Source: an uncultured Candidatus Saccharibacteria bacterium (lineage in GTDB: Bacteria > Patescibacteriota > Dojkabacteria > J137 > JAEUSD01). Taken from it: DNA of 27,076 nucleotides. Positions 15,870 through 22,042 of this stretch are shown here, piece after piece (the stretch's first letter is position 1; each line of letters begins with the position of its first letter). The stretch lies in NCBI GenBank assembly GCA_964525705.1, contig CAZGHV010000001.1:1-27076 (forward strand), in the 5' to 3' direction. The position numbers and the translations under genes were made by a program. Below the pieces are notes generated by a model that saw only the letters and a program-made list of their open reading frames with translations, had not been told where the DNA came from and made no database searches.

Positions 15870-16050
15870 CTACATAAAAAGCGACCCACGAGTAATCTAT
15901 ACCCAAGGGTCGCTTTGCGACGGTACCACCTTAATTCCGGTATTAACCGGCTCTTAGCTTTTATATAGTTCTTTTAGTCACTTAGCTTTATGGTCTTTCA
16001 GTTTCACCATTTGCTGTCTTGCGAATTTTACTCAATTACTAAGTTTAGGT
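15870..16050 (-). ncRNA. T-box riboswitch (tRNA-sensing leader) upstream of aspS
   Basis: Antiterminator AAGG-UGGUACC-GUCGC-AAA-GCGAC-CCUU (15905-15932), with a mutually exclusive terminator and a stem III hairpin CCGG-UUAAUA-CCGG (15937-15950). An AGACAGC...CUGAAA hairpin (15990-16020) resembles distal stem I. Candidate Asp specifier GAC at 15977-15979. The 5' boundary is uncertain. Confidence 0.85.
15876..15916 (-). terminator. Intrinsic terminator of the T-box leader
   Basis: AAAGCGACCC-(19 nt, partly paired)-GGGUCGCUUU followed by further Us. It shares GCGACCC with the antiterminator. Confidence 0.85.
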
Positions 16051-16092
16051 CAAATCTCTTTGGAATCGACCTGGAGCCTCTTCATTCGCCAT
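16045..16092 (-). CDS. Possible 15-aa small ORF (MANEEAPGRFQRDLT) at the 5' end of the aspS leader
   Basis: AGGAG-atattt-ATG, the clearest SD-like site I found in the window's 5' regions. It may instead be part of T-box stem I. Confidence 0.25.
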   Translation of the reverse strand: MANEEAPGRFQRDLT

Positions 16093-16108
16093 AAATATCT
16101 CCTATTGA

Positions 16109-16117
16109 TGATAGAAT
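16109..16117 (+). promoter_or_regulatory. Extended -10, probable leaderless promoter for the thermonuclease gene
   Basis: TGaTAGAAT-aattt-GTG(16123). Confidence 0.55.
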
Positions 16118-16122
16118 AATTT

Positions 16123-16680
16123 GTGAATTATGTAAAATCTCTGGGTAAATTGCTCCACTTTCGCCAGTCAGATCCCTGGTGGTATGTGCTGGGTGTATTC
16201 ATTCTTATTGTTTGCTTGGCAGTTATACCCTGGTCTCCGCTAGCTATGTTACCGGTTGGTGATGGTGACTATGCTGTGATACGTGTTATAGATGGTGATA
16301 CTATTGAAGTGATGGATAACGCTGGTGCTGAGCTGAAAGTACGGTTGATTGGAATTGATACTCCAGAATTGGCACAGGCTGGGAAAGCCGCTGAGTGCTT
16401 TGCGGACGAGGCAAAAAGCCAAATTACTTTGCTGTTATATGGTCAGATAGTAGAATTGCGCTCTGATCCTACACAGGCGGACAGAGATAGATATGACCGG
16501 TTGTTGCGTTATGTAATTTCGAAAGATGGGTCAAATGTAAACTTGGAAATGATCAGGGAAGGTTTTGCTTATGAATTTACCTACGACGAACCATATCTTT
16601 ATCAAACAGAGTTTAAACTAGCTGCCCAAAGTGCTCAGGCGCTCAATCTGGGCTTGTGGCGTGAGTGTATAGCTAAATAG
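16123..16680 (+). CDS. Membrane-anchored thermonuclease (SNase-like), 185 aa
   Basis: TM helix, then VIRVIDGDTIEV, VRLIGIDTPE, CFADEAK, DRYDRLLRYV, VNLEMIREGFA, A..AQ...GLW. Confidence 0.93.
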   Translation: MNYVKSLGKLLHFRQSDPWWYVLGVFILIVCLAVIPWSPLAMLPVGDGDYAVIRVIDGDTIEVMDNAGAELKVRLIGIDTPELAQAGKAAECFADEAKSQITLLLYGQIVELRSDPTQADRDRYDRLLRYVISKDGSNVNLEMIREGFAYEFTYDEPYLYQTEFKLAAQSAQALNLGLWRECIAK

Positions 16681-16714
16681 TTCCCTACGTCCTATAGAAG
16701 ATAAACAGTAGTTG

Positions 16715-16723
16715 TGCTATAAC
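16715..16723 (+). promoter_or_regulatory. Extended -10, probable leaderless promoter for the split CHAP-like gene
   Basis: TGcTATAAC-agctat-ATG(16730). Confidence 0.5.
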
Positions 16724-16729
16724 AGCTAT

Positions 16730-17417
16730 ATGACAAAAAGAGGAAACAACATTACAAAGCTGAGTCTGGCAATACCCTGAAGAAAACGTTGGTAGGTGTT
16801 GTACTTTTTTCTACTATCATAGGTGTTTTAATTGCAGGTGGTGAAAGTCAAAAAAGGGTCATAAGTAAGCTGGTAGGTAGAGCTGGGACCTTGCAGATCA
16901 TAGATGATCATAGAATTTTTACTCTTAGTGATGGTAGAAAACTACCGATGGTTAGCGGGATTTTTGATGCTTCAGGAACGGATGTCCAGATAAGCTGGAT
17001 TACGGGATATGGGGAGAATTGCTGGACGTATGTTTTAAAAGAAATAGGATGGCCTTTGGAGGGTGCTTGGGTGCAGCCCGATGCAGCTAGGCCGCTACTA
17101 GAAGTGTCTCATACTTTAACGAATACTTTTACAGAGGGATTTGAAAATATAGACACAGCAAACTACCCTGTGGGCACTTTATTCGTAATTAATGAAGAAA
17201 GCATGTGGGGTGCACATGTAGGTTGTTGATTGATCCTGCAACTGGGCTTACGGGAAATGATAATGGCACCGGACCAGCGTACACGGTAGAGCTCTCAAAA
17301 CTTTTTCGGACGGGTGGAGATGCGATATTTGAAGACACTGGAGAGAGTGTCAAAATAGGTGCTTACTATACCCCAAATTCTGTAGAAGCTTGGATACCAA
17401 AGCCATCTGAGAGCTAG
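16730..17417 (+). pseudogene. Frame-disrupted membrane-anchored CHAP/NlpC-P60-like cysteine hydrolase (about 229 aa if two single bases are restored)
   Basis: Adding 1 A to the A5 run (16735-39) gives MTKKRKQHYK...KKTLVGVVLFSTIIGVLIAGG. Adding 1 G at 17221-22 joins ORFs 16789-17229 and 17205-17417 as ...GENCWTYV...PVGTLFVI..WGAHVGLLIDP..., a Cys...His papain-like pattern. Confidence 0.55.
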
Positions 17418-17694
17418 GCTTTCTTATCTTGACTCGTCTGTGAGTAAGAATTTTCTCCGTGGGGAAATTTTTTCATAGTTTATCTTGATTGGAAGCAGCT
17501 TTGGCTGTTTATATCTTGGGTATCCTATTTACAAAGTTTTTGAACTCAAGATAAAATAAAAAGTAACAACCACAATTCCGGGCAGGTGCTTGAGAAAAGT
17601 GGTGGCACTACGTAGAACACCTCCCTGAACATAATGTTTTGTATTTCTTAGGACATTATAGTGGTTGAAGCCATTATTTTTTATTTGTCTTGCC

Positions 17695-18003
17695 ATGCAG
17701 TTCATATTTGTTTCTCCTGGCTTGACGCAGCCTACTGTAGAGACTCTGCGGGAGTACGCACAGCGGAAGTTATCAAAGCTGGGCAAGGTGCTGCCTTCTT
17801 TACCGAGTGAGCATGTGGTACGTGTGTCTGTGCAGAAGCAGAGGCATATATTTACTGTCCAAGTAGAAGTTACGATTCCCCAGAAAGTGCTGGTGCAGGT
17901 TGAGGATCTAGATTTACGAGCAGCGATAGATAGGGCTTACCAGTCACTCAAAATAGCTGTAGTTCGCCAGCGAGAGAGAAAGCAGAAACAAAAGCGCATT
18001 TAG
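17695..18003 (+). CDS. hpf: Ribosome hibernation factor HPF/RaiA (short form), 102 aa
   Basis: ETLREYAQRKLSKL...FTVQVEVTIP...EDLDLRAAIDRAYQSLKIAVVRQRERK matches the S30EA/HPF pattern. No C-terminal dimerisation domain. Start at ATG 17695. Confidence 0.85.
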   Translation: MQFIFVSPGLTQPTVETLREYAQRKLSKLGKVLPSLPSEHVVRVSVQKQRHIFTVQVEVTIPQKVLVQVEDLDLRAAIDRAYQSLKIAVVRQRERKQKQKRI

Positions 18004-18034
18004 TTGCCCTAGGTTCAACAGATAATCTCTTGGT

Positions 18035-18043
18035 TGCTATAAT
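18035..18043 (+). promoter_or_regulatory. Extended -10, probable leaderless promoter for mnmA
   Basis: TGcTATAAT-acttg-GTG(18049). Confidence 0.6.
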
Positions 18044-18048
18044 ACTTG

Positions 18049-19122
18049 GTGGTGAAAAAATTAGGCAAAAAGGTAATTGTAGGGGTGTCTGGAGGGGTTG
18101 ATAGTGCTGTGGCAGCAGCCCTTTTAAAGCGTGAGGGCTATGATGTGGAGGGTGTATACATGAAAAATTGGTCTGGAGATGAGTATGGCATTCAAGCAGA
18201 TTGCCCCTGGGAGCTTGATATGCAGAGTGCTGAGTCTGCAGCTAGGCATTTAGATATAACTTTCCGTTCCATTAACTTTGAACGTGAGTATCGTGCAAAA
18301 GTAGTTGACTATTTTTTTGCAGAATATGCTGCCGGGCGTACCCCAAATCCCGATGTGATGTGTAACAAAGAGATAAAGTTTGCATTATTTCTGGAGAAAG
18401 CTCTGGAGCTAGGAGCAGATTATATTGCTACTGGCCATTATGCTCAGATACGCACCAACACTGATGGCAGCTTTTCTTTGCTTCGTGGAGAAGATAGCAA
18501 TAAGGATCAAAGCTATTTTTTGTATAACCTGGGCCAGGCAGAACTAGCAAATATACTTTTCCCTATAGGGAAGTATACAAAGCCTCAGGTGCGTTTGCTT
18601 GCAAAGGAATTTGGGTTGCCAAATGCCGATAGACCAGACAGTCAAGGGATATGCTTTATAGGTGAGATTGATGTGCAAGAGTTTTTGCGAACAAGCATTA
18701 AGCCTCAACAAGGTGAAATTGTGGATATAGATACTGGCAAAGTGGTGGGCAAACATGATGGGGTGTGGTTCTATACATTGGGGCAACGCACAGGTCTAGG
18801 CATAGGGGGATTGTCGGAACCGTATTATGTGGTGGCAAAGACAGCGGATTCAAACACATTATTTGTGGGAAAGGGACGCAGTCATAGACGGTTGTTTTCT
18901 ACTACTGTCAAACTAGAAAATTTGCATTTGATTAATCCAAAAGTTCTGCATGCAAATCTACAAGCGGCAGTACGTTATCGTCAGATTGCAAAGCCTGGTA
19001 GAATAGATATGGCTGAGCTTGAGTTCGTTTTTTCACAACCGCAGTGGGCTGTAACTCCTGGACAAAGCTTGGTGATTTACTCTGGCAATGAATGCCTAGG
19101 CGGAGGAGTTATTTGTGAATGA
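18049..19122 (+). CDS. mnmA: tRNA 2-thiouridylase MnmA, 357 aa
   Basis: VGVSGGVDSAVAA, MKNW, GRTPNPDVMCNKEIKF (DxxC type), ATGHYA, KDQSYFL, DSQGICFIG, GQRTGLG, AVTPGQS. Start is among 18046, 18049 and 18052. Confidence 0.97.
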   Translation: MVKKLGKKVIVGVSGGVDSAVAAALLKREGYDVEGVYMKNWSGDEYGIQADCPWELDMQSAESAARHLDITFRSINFEREYRAKVVDYFFAEYAAGRTPNPDVMCNKEIKFALFLEKALELGADYIATGHYAQIRTNTDGSFSLLRGEDSNKDQSYFLYNLGQAELANILFPIGKYTKPQVRLLAKEFGLPNADRPDSQGICFIGEIDVQEFLRTSIKPQQGEIVDIDTGKVVGKHDGVWFYTLGQRTGLGIGGLSEPYYVVAKTADSNTLFVGKGRSHRRLFSTTVKLENLHLINPKVLHANLQAAVRYRQIAKPGRIDMAELEFVFSQPQWAVTPGQSLVIYSGNECLGGGVICE

Positions 19123-19208
19123 GATGTCCATCCAAAAAAAGTATGCTCTTTTGTCTGAGGATTAAACTTAAGGTTACAATGATAAAACAAAGATGAGAAA
19201 AATATTTA

Positions 19209-19217
19209 TGATATATT
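19209..19217 (+). promoter_or_regulatory. Extended -10 for the downstream hypothetical gene
   Basis: TGaTATATT-ccct-ATG(19222). Confidence 0.45.
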
Positions 19218-19221
19218 CCCT

Positions 19222-19797
19222 ATGAGATATAAACCACCAATACCTCAAATTTCCTTTAGCATAGGAGATTCCCCCCCAAAAGCTCATGGCTTAACCCCTA
19301 TGATATTAACTACTTTTGGCGAAATTACGCCGTGGACAGCTATATATCACTTTATCAGCTGGTCACTACTTAACACTCTAAATCCAGATTCATCACCTCT
19401 ACATAAGAATGCACTTGTTTTGTTTTGTATTCCTGCAGGCAAGGAACCAGGAATGAAGCACCAAGCAGTTGAAAAGGATGCAAATGTCTTGGCTGATTTG
19501 CTATCAAAAGGCTTTGCAGTAATCATATATCGTATTGCTGAACATGGGTACACATTTTTTACCCCAACTGCCTATTTTGGAAATGATGGACTTCGTTCAT
19601 TTACATTGGAAGGCGTTATGGGACAAATTAGAGCTATTATTGCTCGCTGGGAAGGAGGTATTCGTCTACACAATTACTCTAGTGAAGTGCAAGCGTTTAA
19701 GAACCCTACAATAATTCAAGACAGATTTGGGATACTCGTGGTAGCTTTGGACGATGTGCTTATCGATGATCAACTGCTGCCTCCAGCTGAGGAATAA
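19222..19797 (+). CDS. Hypothetical protein, 191 aa
   Basis: Fills the intergenic space, with an ATG start and a -10-like element upstream. No motif recognised. Overlaps the 3' end of ppaC by 38 bp. Confidence 0.6.
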   Translation: MRYKPPIPQISFSIGDSPPKAHGLTPMILTTFGEITPWTAIYHFISWSLLNTLNPDSSPLHKNALVLFCIPAGKEPGMKHQAVEKDANVLADLLSKGFAVIIYRIAEHGYTFFTPTAYFGNDGLRSFTLEGVMGQIRAIIARWEGGIRLHNYSSEVQAFKNPTIIQDRFGILVVALDDVLIDDQLLPPAEE

Positions 19798-20689
19798 TCT
19801 GCTTTTTGCGTGATACGATACCTGGAAGTATCATCATCCCGCTGGCATCCCATTCTTGAGCAAAAGCTTTGCTTGCTAGCTCCTTTGCGCTGGAAGATGC
19901 TATGAGTATTGCATTTTGTCTGAGAATGTCTATCACAAAAAGCATCTGACCATGATCTGCTGCGGATTTCTCGATTTCAGCTTGCAATTCCTCTTGTCTA
20001 GATAAAATTTGATCTGGACTAGTTGTTTCCACCACAGCAATCCGATAGTTTTCCTCTCCGAATTGGAAATCTTTATAATCCAGTTTGAGTATTTCTGCTG
20101 CTGTGAGGTCAGACACATCCGATTTTGCTGCAAACATCTCTGCTGCCAGTTCATCTCTGTTAAGCCCACTGATGTCAGCAAGTATTTCTGCTGCCGACTT
20201 GTCCTTGTCTGTGGTAGTAGGACTAGTGAGATTGAGCGTATCCGAAATTATGGCTGCCAGCAATAATCCTGCTATATGTGCAGGAATACTCTTGATGCTA
20301 TGGGCAGATATCTCTTCCCACACAACTGTAGCTGTACAACCATATGGAAGGATGGTCACTTCTATGGGGTTTTGAGTACTTAACCCAGATAGTTTATGGT
20401 GGTCGATTATCTTAATTATCTTTGCTCCTTCTACACCAGGTATTAATTCTGCAGGATTGGTAGTATCTATTAGAACTACTTCATCATCTGGGGATATTTT
20501 TTCTATTACTAGTGGTTCTGCCACCGACAACTTCTCCAGTATCAGCTTGGTCTCTTTATTCAGCTTGCCTTTTACCACTGCGACGGCAGGTTTACCAACA
20601 AATTGAGACAGAAACCATGCATAGGCAATGGGTGTGCACACGCTATCTGTATCTGCTGGAGTGTGACCACAAACTTTGATTTCGGACAT
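19760..20689 (-). CDS. ppaC: Manganese-dependent inorganic pyrophosphatase (family II, DHH/DHHA2), 309 aa
   Basis: GHTPADTDSVC, VVLIDT, IIDHH, GCTAT, AAIISDTL..SPTTTDKD, DYKDF, SRKKQIIPQL. Confidence 0.95.
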   Translation of the reverse strand: MSEIKVCGHTPADTDSVCTPIAYAWFLSQFVGKPAVAVVKGKLNKETKLILEKLSVAEPLVIEKISPDDEVVLIDTTNPAELIPGVEGAKIIKIIDHHKLSGLSTQNPIEVTILPYGCTATVVWEEISAHSIKSIPAHIAGLLLAAIISDTLNLTSPTTTDKDKSAAEILADISGLNRDELAAEMFAAKSDVSDLTAAEILKLDYKDFQFGEENYRIAVVETTSPDQILSRQEELQAEIEKSAADHGQMLFVIDILRQNAILIASSSAKELASKAFAQEWDASGMMILPGIVSRKKQIIPQLEAAVDHR

Positions 20690-20731
20690 AATTAGAAGAT
20701 ATAATGATGCACATTATCTTACATAACCGAT

Positions 20732-22042
20732 TTGGTGGCAAATTTTATTCAAAGGGTCTGGTCAGTTTTGGCCTATATATTGCAAGGTAGACCGGCAGAA
20801 AACTTCACTGTAGTGGCAATTACTGGCACCAGTGGTGTGGAGCTGGTGGGCGATGTTGCTGCACATCTGTTGGCAAGTGCAGGGGTACTGGTGGGACAAG
20901 TAGGTAGGCAGGGGGTGAGACTGGGGGGCGAAATCAAGGACACCTCTTCATTGTCAACTATGAATACGTGGAAGCTTTATAAATCGCTAGCTTTTTTGGC
21001 ACATCAAGGTGCAAAGGTGGTTATCCTAGAGGTTGTGCCAGATTTGCCTGTTTTCAGGTTGTCACCTATTAGGTTTAACAGTTGTATTGTTACAGAGATG
21101 CTTACTCTGGGAGATGTAGGGTTACGAGAGAATTCCCAAATGTTGATTGATTTATTTTCAGTTGTGCGCAATACCAAAGATGGCGGCTTAGTTGTTTTGA
21201 ATGCACAAATGCAGAACCTAGACTGGGTAAATCAGGCAGCTTCTCAGTTACCCCAGAAGCTATTTGCTTCTTGGAGCAGAGTTGAACAGGTATCGGATTG
21301 GACGCAGTCTTTTACAGGCATGGATTTCAACCTTGCAGAACAACGATTTCATGCCAAGTTATTTGGCACTAGCAGCCTTATCTATACCATGCTGGCACTG
21401 CAGTATGTATCGCATTTTGTATCATTACCATCGCTAGTCACTTCGCTGAATGAGTATATCCCGCCAAGTGATCATTTTAATTGTTTATCACATTCACCGC
21501 TAACAGTTATTTGTGACCGCCAGAGAATTGCCACAGAATTTGTCGCTATGTTTCCCGATATATCGCAGATGAAGGATGCTGACCAAAATTTGATTGTGGT
21601 TGGCGGTCTGGATTCACGTGATGATATAGCTAGAGGGCTAGAGCTGGTCAAAAATGCAGATGTATTAATATTAGCTCCGCGGTCACCGCTTGTCCGTGAT
21701 TTGGGTCCAGTTGTTACAGAATTTGCTGTAAAAGCTGAGCAGTTTGGAGTTGTCCTGGTTGAACGGTTTACTAGCTTGGAGGAGTTTGAATTGGCAGACA
21801 AACAAAAACTACTGGAGAGAATCCACAGGGTACAAGCAAATGGTGACAAACCTGTTGTGAGTTTTGAAGATCTTTCTGTGCAGTGTCGTCAACTAGCCAT
21901 CCGCTGGGGAATGGAACTGGCGAAAACTAATGATATATTTTTCGTTTCTGGAAAATGCGGCGAAGGCAATATGCAATTTTTGGCAGATAACTCTGTATTC
22001 ACCTATGATGAGCTTGATTACCTTCATAGATTGAACGCATAA
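20732..22042 (+). CDS. Degenerate MurE-like Mur ligase homologue (probable pseudoenzyme), 436 aa
   Basis: Motif order of MurE: VVAITGTSG, VILEV, VVLN, TVICD, LIVVG..D.RD, ADVLIL..RSP, R..AI..G...AK..D....GK. The catalytic residues are replaced. Confidence 0.8.
   Translation: MVANFIQRVWSVLAYILQGRPAENFTVVAITGTSGVELVGDVAAHLLASAGVLVGQVGRQGVRLGGEIKDTSSLSTMNTWKLYKSLAFLAHQGAKVVILEVVPDLPVFRLSPIRFNSCIVTEMLTLGDVGLRENSQMLIDLFSVVRNTKDGGLVVLNAQMQNLDWVNQAASQLPQKLFASWSRVEQVSDWTQSFTGMDFNLAEQRFHAKLFGTSSLIYTMLALQYVSHFVSLPSLVTSLNEYIPPSDHFNCLSHSPLTVICDRQRIATEFVAMFPDISQMKDADQNLIVVGGLDSRDDIARGLELVKNADVLILAPRSPLVRDLGPVVTEFAVKAEQFGVVLVERFTSLEEFELADKQKLLERIHRVQANGDKPVVSFEDLSVQCRQLAIRWGMELAKTNDIFFVSGKCGEGNMQFLADNSVFTYDELDYLHRLNA

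Noticed and set aside
17420-17660. Possible ncRNA (e.g. 6S RNA) in the intergenic region before hpf
   Set aside because: Only short local hairpins; no long rod with a central bubble could be folded by eye. A cmscan would be needed.
17529-17786. 85-aa minus-strand ORF, and a GGAGG-preceded 20-codon hydrophobic ORF near 17545-17607
   Set aside because: The first overlaps hpf antisense. The second has poor SD spacing and no antitoxin-like partner, so a type I toxin call is unsupported.
16123-19797. Nuclease plus hypotheticals as an anti-phage defence island
   Set aside because: The SNase is a common membrane-anchored type, the neighbours are hpf and mnmA, and no defence-associated domains were recognised.
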